Shown here one piece after another: positions 50,501-60,406 of a stretch of 64,000 nt of DNA. This DNA comes from Pseudomonadota bacterium (GTDB lineage Bacteria; Desulfobacterota; Desulfovibrionia; Desulfovibrionales; Desulfovibrionaceae): assembly GCA_023435825.1 (NCBI GenBank), contig JAEZMB010000139.1, forward strand, positions 4,433 to 68,432, read 5' to 3'. The notes under the pieces are model-generated. The model was not told the origin of the DNA, did no database searches, and saw nothing but the letters and a program-made list of their open reading frames with translations. Every line of letters begins with the position of its first letter. The first letter of the stretch is position 1. The position numbers and the translations under genes were made by a program.

Positions 50501-53062
50501 TCAGGCGTCGGCTTCTTCCTGAGCCGCCAAAGGGGCCTTGGAGCGGAGATCGGCATCGAGCATCACCAGGCACTCCGCCACATTCGGCGTCACCGTTTCC
50601 CGGGAGAGCAGCCCGCGCAGGAATTGCGCCAGAAGCTTATCCGCGAACCCCAAGGGGAAAAAGAGGAGTGTGGCCATCAGATACGAGGCGAAGGACTCCA
50701 GGCAATGGAGCAACCAGTTTATCAGGCTGAAGTTGTTATCGGGCAGCAACCGGTTGCAGGCATACGCCATGGAGAGCAGCCATCCGAAGACCAGATAGAG
50801 TGCGACGACAATGCAAAAAATGACCGTGAGCCAAGCCGCGCGCACGACAGCATCGCGGGCGGCGACGCTGTCCTTGAGGGCGGCGAGTTGCGCCCGCTGC
50901 GCCTCGATTTGGCTGGCCAATGCGGTAGTACCGTTGCCGATTGCCCCGCTGAAGTAGTCGTTGACCATCCTGCCGAGCACTTCGGCCTCGGTCTTGAAGG
51001 CCGCCCCGCCGGATTCCAGGACGATGGCCCGCAGGATCAAGGCGTTAAGAACCTGCTCCTGGTGCAGCGCCTTGTTTTCCTCGCTGAGAAAATGGCGGAA
51101 CAAGGCGTCGCATTGGGGAATGAGCGCGCGCCGGACCAGCTTGACATCCGGGTTGGGGCCGGACAGTTCGTTTTGGGCAAAGAGCAGGGCGGCAGGCAAG
51201 CTGGCCACGTCCGCGACGGCCTTCGCCGAAAAAGCCGCCGCCACGGGCGAAACATCCAGCACGTCGTTTCGCAGGCGAAGGCCGCCGATCTCACCCGGGT
51301 CGTTGGCGAACGCCTGCCGCAGCAAGGCCTGGAACGCCCCCTTGTCCTTGTCCTGGTAAATGGGCAGCACCCGTTTCGCCAAAGCGGGCTTCTTGGCAAA
51401 ATAACCTGTAAAGCCGGCCAGACGAGCGGCCGGGAGCCGCTCCACCAGGGCCACGATGAGATCATTGTTGAGGCTCCCCGAGGCGTCGGCTTCCGCAATC
51501 GCCGTCAGCACGCCCTCGGTGAAAGCCTGAGGGTCTTGCCCGAGCGTTTGGGCGGCGTCCAGCAACACTGCCGCAGTGTAGGGAACCGGGCGCGCCGCCA
51601 CGGTGCGCATGAGCGTTTTGGCCAGGGCTGGCGCGGCCTCCTTGTCATATTTGACGGTCAAATCCGCCAGAAGGCCCAGGTTTTTGGGATCCTGGAACAC
51701 GAGGTCGCCGGGTTCCCGACCGATGCTGCCGTAGGCCACCCGGGCCAGGGCCGGATCGGCCTGGTCGAAAAGCGATGTGATCTGGACGCGCATCTCGTTG
51801 GGCTGTTGTTGCAACCCTTTATAGAGCGTCTCGTTGTCATAAAGCGGCGCGAACGCGGCCACGCCGGAAAGGTCGCGGATGAGTCCGACCAGTTTGGGAC
51901 GCACGGCTCCGGGCCGGGCCAAACCGCGCCAGTCTCCCCGGATGCCGCCAAAGATGGCGCGGGCCGCGTCCTTGTCGATCCGAAAGAGCATCCCAGCCGT
52001 GAGGACGGCGTCCTCAAAAGACAGCCGGGCCGGCGTGTTCTTGAGCACCTTGGCCGTCGGCTCGCGCATCACCTCGAACGCGTCATAGGCAAGGGCCATA
52101 TCGACCAGGGCGTCGAGTCCCTGGATATCGCGGACGCGGCCCATCATCTTTTCCAGAAACAGGCGCACAAGGGGCCCAACCAGAAGACGGTTGTCGCTGT
52201 CGCTGCAGGCGGCCAGGATCTGGCGGGCATCGGCGATGGCCGGCTCGACGCGCCTGCCGCCTTGGCCGGTGATCCGGTCGATGATCAGGGAAGCGGCTTG
52301 CTGGGCCATGACCTTGTCGCTGCGGGCGAGCAGCAAGGCGGCCACCCGGCGCTGGGCATCGTTTTGGGCGTGGTCGTACAGGGCTGCATAATCCTCGGCC
52401 GACGTCGGCAACCCAAGCCCGAGCTGATGCGCGAGCAGATCGTATTCCCGCTCAAAGCCCGGATCGGGCTTTTGCAGCACGGGAATGCCGCCAATGGCCT
52501 CGTAACCCAGGTCAATGGGGCCTTTGTGGTACTTGCACAGCAGATATCCCTTTTCCTCAGCTTTTCCGGAATAGTACATGGAGATGTCGGTCAGGACGTT
52601 CGTGCCGGCATCGACAGAAGCCGGCGCGCACAGAAAGGCGAAGCCGAGGAGCAAGGCAAGCAATCCGTTTTGGCGCAACACCTTGTTTCGAAATTGACGC
52701 AAGGTGTTACGTGATGTGGAGAGTCGCCATTTTCTGGGATTGTATTTCACAAGATAGAGAACATAGAGGAACATCGACGCAAGGCACAACACCATGCCTG
52801 CGCAACCGACCTTAATAAAAGGCAGGATATTGACGCCCAATTCGATGAGTCTGTTGTCCTGGATATTGGCAAGCTGTTCCTTTTCTGCGGCTATCCTTTG
52901 CCCGAGCGCCGAGAGCTCTTGGTTCATAGCGTTGGTATTCTTGACATATTGATTAAAGGCCGGCGTCTGCGAAATATCCTGGCCAACCATGTCGGCATAC
53001 GCGCCCGAGCTGGTGGCGAGGATCAAAAGAAGGATGCAAAGGCTGTAAAATTTCCAGCGCAT
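50501..53062 (-). CDS. Large hypothetical membrane protein
   Basis: 853-aa ORF, AGGAG RBS, N- and C-terminal TM segments, alpha-helical middle. Confidence 0.75.
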   Translation of the reverse strand: MRWKFYSLCILLLILATSSGAYADMVGQDISQTPAFNQYVKNTNAMNQELSALGQRIAAEKEQLANIQDNRLIELGVNILPFIKVGCAGMVLCLASMFLYVLYLVKYNPRKWRLSTSRNTLRQFRNKVLRQNGLLALLLGFAFLCAPASVDAGTNVLTDISMYYSGKAEEKGYLLCKYHKGPIDLGYEAIGGIPVLQKPDPGFEREYDLLAHQLGLGLPTSAEDYAALYDHAQNDAQRRVAALLLARSDKVMAQQAASLIIDRITGQGGRRVEPAIADARQILAACSDSDNRLLVGPLVRLFLEKMMGRVRDIQGLDALVDMALAYDAFEVMREPTAKVLKNTPARLSFEDAVLTAGMLFRIDKDAARAIFGGIRGDWRGLARPGAVRPKLVGLIRDLSGVAAFAPLYDNETLYKGLQQQPNEMRVQITSLFDQADPALARVAYGSIGREPGDLVFQDPKNLGLLADLTVKYDKEAAPALAKTLMRTVAARPVPYTAAVLLDAAQTLGQDPQAFTEGVLTAIAEADASGSLNNDLIVALVERLPAARLAGFTGYFAKKPALAKRVLPIYQDKDKGAFQALLRQAFANDPGEIGGLRLRNDVLDVSPVAAAFSAKAVADVASLPAALLFAQNELSGPNPDVKLVRRALIPQCDALFRHFLSEENKALHQEQVLNALILRAIVLESGGAAFKTEAEVLGRMVNDYFSGAIGNGTTALASQIEAQRAQLAALKDSVAARDAVVRAAWLTVIFCIVVALYLVFGWLLSMAYACNRLLPDNNFSLINWLLHCLESFASYLMATLLFFPLGFADKLLAQFLRGLLSRETVTPNVAECLVMLDADLRSKAPLAAQEEADA

Positions 53063-53771
53063 AACAAAGTTCTCCTGTCTCCAGGTGAGTACGCAACCTG
53101 TATTCACTCCATGCAAATGTTGTGCGGCGAAGCCATTTCAATCGTCGGGACTGTATATGGCAATGCTTTCCGAGTAAACAATAAGATTTACGAATTTCTC
53201 AACAGGATCTGGCCGCATGTGTTTTGTCGCGGCCAGCAGGATAGGCGGGAAGCCGGGGGTCTAAAACGGCGTTATCGCATGGCCGCCCTCGGGCAACGGA
53301 AAGCTGTACTCCGGCCGCTTTCACTCGACGTGTCCGCCGCGTTTGAAAAGCTCCTTCACGATCTCCGGCGCGGGTCGCACAAATGGCGCCGCACCGCGTA
53401 AAACATCACAGCACTCCCCGCCACGACAGCGCCGGACTTTACACGACATGAAGCACCCCGGAGGCAATGGGAGAGCGTGCCCTTTCGCAGACCAAGGCCA
53501 GCGTCACGACACTCTGCCGCCGTATGCGACAAACAGCGCGCATCGCGCCTGCAGGGGCTCGTGGCCTTTTTGCAGGGCCTCCTTACTTGCTGCGTGTCGA
53601 TGGTCTGTGACCGCCAGCCCCTTGTGGGCGTGCATCATTCCACCGTGGCCGATTGCAGTTCACAACGCGTTTTGACGGCTATTTTCAAACATGCCCGGCA
53701 CCGGCTGCCAGGCCTGCGAACGCCCTGGCCACGCGAGCGTTTCCGCTCCACCGAAACGCGGCCTGTCCGGT

Positions 53772-56375
53772 TTAGCGGGGCAACGCCACGACGGGTTCGG
53801 AACCCGATGACGGCGGGCTCGCTTCCCGCGTGGTTCGCAGATCGATGATCCCGCCGTCGCCATCCAGCCGCACGGTGACCGCGCCGTAGTCCTTGGTGGC
53901 AAGGACCGGACACCCCAATCGGGCCAGGGCCTCGACGACCTTGGCGGAAGGGTAGTGGCCGGCGTCGCCGCAACTGGCCAGGGCGATTTTCGGGGCTACG
54001 GCGGCGTAAAAGCGCCGGGACAGGCTGGAACTGGAGCCGTGGTGGGGCAGGACGAGGACCTCGGCTTGCAGGTTTTGGCCGGAGGCGGCGAGTTTTCGCA
54101 GCACCGAGGTTTCGGCGTCGCCGGGAAAAAGGGCCAGACCTCGGCCGTTTCGGGTCAGGCGCAGGACGAGAGACCCGTTGTTGTGGGACAGGTCCGCGCC
54201 CGGACCGGGATGGAGGACTTCCAGGCCAAGGCCGCCGCCGAGATCGAGGCGGTCGCCGGCGGCCAGGGACCGGGTCGGGATACGGCGGCGGGCGAGCACG
54301 TCGGCCAGGGCCGGGCCGAGTTCGCCTTCGGGCGCGCCGCCGTTGTCGAGGAAAGCGCCGATGGAGAAGCGGTCGAGGATCGAGACGTAGCCCTTGACGT
54401 GGTCGCTGTGGGGGTGGCTGGCGATGGCCGCCTCCAGGCGCGGCGGGCGGCCGTCGGCGAGAAAAGCTCCGACCACGGCCCGCCCCACGTCGAAGGCGCC
54501 GAAAAGCCCCCCGGCGTCGACAAGAAGCCTTTGGCCACCCGGCACGGTCAGGGCCACGGACTGCCCCTGCCCCACGTCCAGGACGGTGACGACGACCTCC
54601 GGGGAGAACGCCTCGACGCCGCGCGCCAGGCTTGGGCCGGTCAGCAGCAGCAGGCTTGCGGCCAGGGCGGCTTTGGGCAACGGCCTTCTGGAGGCTACGG
54701 CCAGGGCCAGGGCGGCGAGCAGGCCGTAGCAGCCCAGCAACTCCGGGGCCGAGGGGCGCAGCACGGCCCGGGCCGTCAGCAGCCCCTGGGCATCCAGGGC
54801 GGCCAGACCGCGCATGAGCCAGGCGCAACAGTCGGCTCCGGCCGTAAGCAGCATGTGGGCGACGGCGTCGAGTCCGGGCACGGCGGCCGCCGCCGCGCCG
54901 CACAGGACCAGCGGCATGACCAGGCAGCCGAGGATGGGCAGCCACAGGAGATTGATCCAGGGCGCGAAGGCGAAGTCGCCGAACAGCCGGGCAATAAGCG
55001 GCAACACGGCGGCTTCGGCGGCAAGGCTCGTCCACAGGATGCCCAGGCCGCCGACAAGGATGGCCCGGGCCAGGGTTCCGTGGCCCGGGATGCGGGCAGT
55101 CGCCCGGGCAAAGGGCGGCCAGAACAGGGAAATGCCGGCCACGGCCAGGGCCGAAAGCTGCAGGCTGGCGCTGTAGGCAACCAGGGGCGAAACGGCAAGA
55201 AAGGCGGCCAGGGCCAGGAACAGGCCGTCGAAAAGGGCCTTGTCGCGCCCCCAAAGCAGCATGACGCCAAAGGCGGCGAACATCAGCGCCGCGCGCAGAA
55301 GCGACGGCGAGCCGCCGCCGATCCAGCAGTAGGCGACGACCAGGGGCGCGGCGGCTAAAACGATGAGCTTTTGGCGCGGCAAACGCAGGTAGATGCCGGG
55401 CCAGACACGCCCCACGGCCAGGACCAGGGCGGCGGCCAGCCCCACGACATAGGCCACGTTCATGCCGGACAGGGCCAGGGTGTGGGCCAGGGAGGCCCGG
55501 CGCACCAGATCGAGATCGGTTTCGGCAAAACCGGATTTGTCGTCGAAAAGCAGCGCCGCCACCATGGCCCGGCCGGCCGAGGCCGCGCTGTCGCCTGCCG
55601 CATCGCCGGGCGGCGGAGCCAGGGCGGCGGCCACCCGGCCCTGCAGGGCTTGCCGCCAGATGGCCCAGGAATCGTCGCTGGCGGTCAAGCGCGTGAGGTC
55701 GCCGCGCCCGCCCTTGGCGTAGACCCGAAAAAAAACGCCTTCTAGGCGGCGCAGGAAGGCGAAGTCCGTGGTTCCGGGATTGGCGAAGCCGGCGGTCGGG
55801 CGGATGCGGCCGGTCACGGCCAGGACGTCGCCGGGAACGGGCGTCACGTCGGGGTGGTCGAAGGTGACGGCCAGCCGGCCGGGCAATGGCGCATCGCCGC
55901 AGTCCTGGCCGGACAGGCGCGCCTCGTCCAGGACCAGGGCCAGACGACGCCCCGGCCGGGGATCGGCGCTGGCAACACGCCCAATGGCCGTAACGGGTTT
56001 GGCGGTCAGGCACGGCGGCATGGCGGGCGTTGCCGGCAAGGCCAGCCAGCCCGCGCCCAGGCCCAGGGCAAAGGCAGCGATCAGGGCCGGCAGGCCCGGC
56101 CTCATGCCGCGCCCCTTCACCAATTCGAATGCCTTGTTGCAATCAAAGGGTCGCCCGGGGGCCGTTGGCCCCAAGCCAGGACCGGCGCGCTTCAAGGGGC
56201 CGACAGGCGGTGACAGCCCGCCCACGAACAGGGCGAGCAAGGCCAGGCCCAGAAGCGCCGGCAGCAGATATTCCACGCCCAGGATGCCGCCGGCATAGGC
56301 CAAAAGGCAGGGCTGCCAGGGCAGAAGCGGCGGCACGCCCCGGCCGGCGTCGTCTTGGGGCAGGTCGTGCGCCAA
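53772..56375 (-). CDS. comEC: DNA uptake channel ComEC/Rec2
   Basis: ANPG..DF, H.LALSG.N, S.LRA..M, DVGQG, SHPHSDH, HHGS; start uncertain. Confidence 0.92.
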   Translation of the reverse strand: MAHDLPQDDAGRGVPPLLPWQPCLLAYAGGILGVEYLLPALLGLALLALFVGGLSPPVGPLKRAGPGLGPTAPGRPFDCNKAFELVKGRGMRPGLPALIAAFALGLGAGWLALPATPAMPPCLTAKPVTAIGRVASADPRPGRRLALVLDEARLSGQDCGDAPLPGRLAVTFDHPDVTPVPGDVLAVTGRIRPTAGFANPGTTDFAFLRRLEGVFFRVYAKGGRGDLTRLTASDDSWAIWRQALQGRVAAALAPPPGDAAGDSAASAGRAMVAALLFDDKSGFAETDLDLVRRASLAHTLALSGMNVAYVVGLAAALVLAVGRVWPGIYLRLPRQKLIVLAAAPLVVAYCWIGGGSPSLLRAALMFAAFGVMLLWGRDKALFDGLFLALAAFLAVSPLVAYSASLQLSALAVAGISLFWPPFARATARIPGHGTLARAILVGGLGILWTSLAAEAAVLPLIARLFGDFAFAPWINLLWLPILGCLVMPLVLCGAAAAAVPGLDAVAHMLLTAGADCCAWLMRGLAALDAQGLLTARAVLRPSAPELLGCYGLLAALALAVASRRPLPKAALAASLLLLTGPSLARGVEAFSPEVVVTVLDVGQGQSVALTVPGGQRLLVDAGGLFGAFDVGRAVVGAFLADGRPPRLEAAIASHPHSDHVKGYVSILDRFSIGAFLDNGGAPEGELGPALADVLARRRIPTRSLAAGDRLDLGGGLGLEVLHPGPGADLSHNNGSLVLRLTRNGRGLALFPGDAETSVLRKLAASGQNLQAEVLVLPHHGSSSSLSRRFYAAVAPKIALASCGDAGHYPSAKVVEALARLGCPVLATKDYGAVTVRLDGDGGIIDLRTTREASPPSSGSEPVVALPR

Positions 56376-56594
56376 AATGTTGCGTCCCTGTCACGGTCTT
56401 TTGCCCGGGACTGTAGAAAGCTTGGGCCACGGCGGCAAGGGGCTTGGGCCAATGCGACACCAGCCTTGAGGGCCAGCCGTCCCTGGCGTCGACAGGGCCT
56501 GGGGTTTGTTCGCGCCTGCTTGTCACCGGCCCGGCTTGGGGATAATGCTGTGAACCAATCCCCGCGCCCGGTCGGGCGCGACCAAGGAGCCTCC

Positions 56595-56936
56595 ATGCAC
56601 CGCCGCATCATCGCCCTGTGCCTTTTCGCCGGCCTGGCCCTGGCCGGTTGTTCCCAGGTCAAACCCATCATGACGCCCCAGGAATTCGCCGCCGGCTGCA
56701 GCCAGGGCGCGGGCGGGACCGACGCCGCCTGTTCGGCCAAGGTCTGCCAGGTCTACCAGGCCGTGGTCACGGACTATTACGAGAACATGGAAGGCTGCTA
56801 CGCCGCCTGCAAGGACCGGGCGGCTTCCCTGGAAACCGGAGCCGGTCCGGCCTGTCTGGCCAAGATCAAGGCCGAGAAGGACCGGTGCATGGATTTTTGC
56901 AACCGCAAGTTCTACCGCTGCAACTGCGCCAAGTAG
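56595..56936 (+). CDS. Small cysteine-rich lipoprotein
   Basis: AAGGAG RBS, LAGC lipobox, 10 further cysteines. Confidence 0.8.
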   Translation: MHRRIIALCLFAGLALAGCSQVKPIMTPQEFAAGCSQGAGGTDAACSAKVCQVYQAVVTDYYENMEGCYAACKDRAASLETGAGPACLAKIKAEKDRCMDFCNRKFYRCNCAK

Positions 56937-56989
56937 GATCGGCCAAACGCCGCGTCTGGCGGCGAAACCCCAGAGACAAGGAGTACACC

Positions 56990-57577
56990 ATGGCGGTCAA
57001 AAAAATTCTCATGCTCGTCGGCGACTATGTCGAGGACTATGAAGTGATGGTCCCCTTCCAGATGCTGCTCATGGTCGGCCACGACGTCAAAGCCGTGTGC
57101 CCGGGCAAGAAGGCCGGCGAGACCGTGCGCACCGCCGTGCACGATTTCGAGGGCGACCAGACCTACAGCGAAAAGCCCGGCCACAATTTCGGGCTGAATT
57201 TCGACTTCGACGCTGTGGACCCGGCCGCCTTCGACGCCCTGGTCGTGCCCGGCGGACGCGCCCCGGAATACATCCGCCTCAATCCCCGCGTTATCGAAAT
57301 CGTCAAACATTTCGGGGCGACAAAAAAACCCATCGCCGCCGTTTGCCACGGCCAGCAGGTGCTGGTGGCGGCCGACGTCATCGCCGGCTGCCAGTGCATG
57401 GCCTATCCGGCGGTGCAGCCCGACATCGAGCGGGCCGGAGCCACCTATGTCGGCCCCAACGAGACCTTCACCAACGCCGTGACCAGCGGCAACATCGTCA
57501 CCGGCCCGGCCTGGCCGGCCCATCCCCAGTGGATGCGCCAGTTCCTGGACCTGCTCGGCACCAAGATCGAAGCCTAG
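56990..57577 (+). CDS. DJ-1/PfpI family protein
   Basis: EDYE, PGGRAPEY, AVCHG. Confidence 0.93.
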   Translation: MAVKKILMLVGDYVEDYEVMVPFQMLLMVGHDVKAVCPGKKAGETVRTAVHDFEGDQTYSEKPGHNFGLNFDFDAVDPAAFDALVVPGGRAPEYIRLNPRVIEIVKHFGATKKPIAAVCHGQQVLVAADVIAGCQCMAYPAVQPDIERAGATYVGPNETFTNAVTSGNIVTGPAWPAHPQWMRQFLDLLGTKIEA

Positions 57578-57680
57578 CGTCGCGACCCATAATAAATACG
57601 AGCTTATTTTTTTGAAATAACGTCTGGGTGCGTTCGTTGCCCACGAGACGCCCGCTGCGCTCTTGGCGGACGCGACACTG
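57574..57680 (+). mobile_element. ~100-bp MITE-like repeat
   Basis: CTAGCGTCGCGACC-cataataaatacga...tcttggc-GGACGCGACACTG; its TAG is the PfpI-family gene stop. Confidence 0.8.
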
Positions 57681-57757
57681 GACCCAGATCCGCGCACCGA
57701 CCGGCGGCAGCCTCGCGGCCATCATGGTCCGCGAGGCTGCCGTCGCGTCGTGGCGGC

Positions 57758-57863
57758 GGGCGGCGCGTCCCTTGAAAAACGCGCGGGAACTTTCGAAAAA
57801 TGTTTATTTTTCGTGAGGTTGTTCCTCAAACACCGCTGACGCTTTTTTGAGGATGCGACGTAC
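57758..57863 (+). mobile_element. Degenerate MITE-like copy
   Basis: cggcgcgtcc-cttgaaaaacgcg...gcttttttga-ggatgcgacgtac; same end-to-end spacing as other copies. Confidence 0.6.
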
Positions 57864-58034
57864 GCCATCTGTGGCCAACGCCCGGCGCGCCTGCCCCAAG
57901 GCGCGGAGGGCACGCCGCCCCGTCCGGCGTGCCCGCAAATCCCCCCCTTTTTTCCACGGCGCAACGATGGTATAGCCCTGGGCGACCACCCGCCCGGCGG
58001 CGGCCCACCCGGCCCGCCGGCGCAACGAGGCGCT

Positions 58035-58454
58035 ATGATCGACAAGACAAAACTGGATCGCCTGCGGCAACTCATCGGCGACTTTGCCGTCAACAAAGGA
58101 AAAGTGCTCCTGCTCGTTTCCTTTCTGCTCTTTATCGTCGCCGCCTACTACGTCATGGACTTCATCACCGAAGACAGTCTGGCGGTGAAGTACAAGAAGA
58201 CCACGGCCCTGGTCGAGGAAGTGCAGGAAACCAAGAACGTCCTGACCATCGTCACCAGCCAGGGGTTCTTCGTCGTCGACCCCGGTCTGCGCTCCGATAA
58301 ATTCAAAAACATCGCCGACTTCTTCCGCAAGGTCAAAGAAGACGGCTCGCCCGTGCGCATCGACTACAAGGACGTCGGCAACGACAAGGTCATCGAGAAT
58401 GTTTTCTATCGGGCGGAATCGAATAAATTCGGCAAGATAGGCTCGCTCAAGTAG
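58035..58454 (+). CDS. Hypothetical single-TM protein
   Basis: GAGG RBS, one TM, host-like codon use. Confidence 0.75.
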   Translation: MIDKTKLDRLRQLIGDFAVNKGKVLLLVSFLLFIVAAYYVMDFITEDSLAVKYKKTTALVEEVQETKNVLTIVTSQGFFVVDPGLRSDKFKNIADFFRKVKEDGSPVRIDYKDVGNDKVIENVFYRAESNKFGKIGSLK

Positions 58455-58655
58455 ACGCTGCCGCAGAAGAGGCGGGAAAGCCAGGCCGGCCGGGAGTCCG
58501 TCCTGGACAGCTTGGCGGTGTTTGGCGGAGTCGCCGCAGGAGGATGGGGTGCGACGCCGCCCTTATCGCTTCTCACACAAGACAAGCAGCCAACAATAAA
58601 GCGGCGGTCGGCCAACGCCGCCCGCCGCTTCAAAAAAGCCTGGCCAATGGCCGCT

Positions 58656-58769
58656 CTACCAGTCCTGATCCTTGGGCTTGTTGGCCTGCTGGGACTTGAT
58701 CAGCAGCAGGGAAATGAAGATGGTCACAAACCCGAACAGCACGATAAGCCCGGCGAAATCAAATTTCAC
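58656..58769 (-). CDS. Small membrane peptide (37 aa)
   Basis: Hand translation MKFDFAGLIVLFGFVTIFISLLLIKSQQANKPKDQDW; GTG start, G-rich RBS, hairpin downstream at 58598-58630. Confidence 0.55.
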   Translation of the reverse strand: MKFDFAGLIVLFGFVTIFISLLLIKSQQANKPKDQDW

Positions 58770-58815
58770 GGCGAACCCCCAGAAATGTTTTTGTGAAAAA
58801 ATTCCTTACGCCCAA

Positions 58816-59166
58816 ATGACCAGCCTGTCCAGACATGCCCGCCTTTTGGGCGGCTGCCTCGCCCTGACGCTCGTCTGCCTGGCCTGCCTGGCCGGTCCGG
58901 CCCGGGCCGCCGTCATCGAGGTTGGCGTGGATGCCTATAAGGTCAACGGCGGCGCGCCCGAAACCGCCGCCTGGGACGTGGCCGAACGGCTGGCCGTGGC
59001 CAAGGATGTAGCCATCGTGGTCATGAACCCCAAGGCCAACAAGGGGACCGTCCAGGTCCTCATGCAAAACCTCGAAACGCTCAAGATTCCCACGCTTTTC
59101 ACCAAAAAAGCCGATTACGACGTCCTGCTCAAGCGCGGCTTCATCAAGCCCAACCCCGCGCCTTGA
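58816..59166 (+). CDS. Hypothetical exported protein
   Basis: Signal peptide ending ARA; host-like codon use. Confidence 0.7.
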   Translation: MTSLSRHARLLGGCLALTLVCLACLAGPARAAVIEVGVDAYKVNGGAPETAAWDVAERLAVAKDVAIVVMNPKANKGTVQVLMQNLETLKIPTLFTKKADYDVLLKRGFIKPNPAP

Positions 59167-59199
59167 CAGGCGGCCGCCCCACGGCTACCTCCCCGGAAA

Positions 59200-59361
59200 T
59201 CGACCTGGGCGCCCTCACGGGCTTAATAGGGAATCCCGTTAAAATCGGGAGCGGTCCCGCCGCCGTCAGTTCCACGCAAAGGTCGGCCCCCACGCGCGCC
59301 ACTGGGAAGCTCTTCCCGGGAAGGCCGGGGCCGATGGAACAAGCCGGAAGACCTGCCCGGG
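59200..59361 (+). ncRNA. Cobalamin riboswitch
   Basis: aatagggaatccc...gcggtcccgccgccgt...gccactgg...gggaagg...aagccggaagacctgcc B12 box. Confidence 0.93.
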
Positions 59362-59479
59362 TTCTGGCACATCCCGCCGGCAACGAGGGCTTTTGCCGGC
59401 CGGGACGCGGCTTCGGGCGCTTTTTCGTCTCCCGTCCGCTTTCCTCAAGAGCCCTCCATTTCCGTGGAGGTTACCTGTC

Positions 59480-60406
59480 ATGATGCGTTGTCTGCATCCG
59501 TCTCGCCGTCCGTCTGGCCAGCCGTCCGGCTTGGCGCGCCTCGCCCTGTCCCTGTTGCTGGTTCTGGCCCTGGCCGCCCCGGCCGCCGCCGGCCACGACG
59601 CCAGGAAGGAACCCCAAAAAGCCATCGTCGTCGCCGCCTTTGGCACCACCGTGCCCGAAGCCGCTCCGGCCATCGAAAACATGGTGGCCCGGGTCAAGGC
59701 CGCCTATCCCGGCGTGCCCGTGACCCTGTGCTACACCGCCGCCATGATCCGGGCCAAGCTGGCCAAGGACGGCCGACATGTGCCCTCCCCGGCCGAGGCC
59801 CTGGCCGCCCTGCCCGATCAGGGCGTCACCGACGTGGCGCTTTTCTCCCTGCAAACCATCCCGGGCAGCGAATATCATGACCTCGTGCGCACGGCGGCCG
59901 CCTTCTCGCACATGCCCAAGGGCCTGTCCCGGGTCGAGGTGACCGCGCCGCTGCTTTTTGCCCAGCAGGACTTCGCCAAGGCCGCCGCCGCGCTGCTTGG
60001 GGCCGCGCCCAAGGACCGCAAGCCCGGCGAGGCCGTCATCTTCGTCGGCCACGGCACGGAACATCCCGCCAACATGGCCTATCCGGCCCTGCAGTACAGC
60101 CTGTGGCGGCTGGACAAGAACGCCTTTGTCGCCACCGTGGAAGGCACGCCCGCCTTTGACGACGTCGTGGCAGAACTTAAGGCCAAGGGCGTCAAGAAGG
60201 CCTGGCTCATTCCCCTTTTCGCCGTGGCCGGCGACCATGCCCGAAACGACATGGCCGGCAAGGAGAAGGATTCCCTGGCTTCCATGCTGGCCGCCGCCGG
60301 CGTGGAGACCAAGGCCGTGCTGTCCGGCGCGGCCGAGAATGCCGGCGTGGCCGACATCTGGATCGAACACCTCAAGACAACCTTCGACGCCCTGCCCGGG
60401 AAATAA
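59480..60406 (+). CDS. cbiK: Periplasmic sirohydrochlorin cobaltochelatase
   Basis: Signal peptide, AFGTT, IPGSEY, GHGT.H, VEG.P, VAGDHA.NDMAG. Confidence 0.92.
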   Translation: MMRCLHPSRRPSGQPSGLARLALSLLLVLALAAPAAAGHDARKEPQKAIVVAAFGTTVPEAAPAIENMVARVKAAYPGVPVTLCYTAAMIRAKLAKDGRHVPSPAEALAALPDQGVTDVALFSLQTIPGSEYHDLVRTAAAFSHMPKGLSRVEVTAPLLFAQQDFAKAAAALLGAAPKDRKPGEAVIFVGHGTEHPANMAYPALQYSLWRLDKNAFVATVEGTPAFDDVVAELKAKGVKKAWLIPLFAVAGDHARNDMAGKEKDSLASMLAAAGVETKAVLSGAAENAGVADIWIEHLKTTFDALPGK

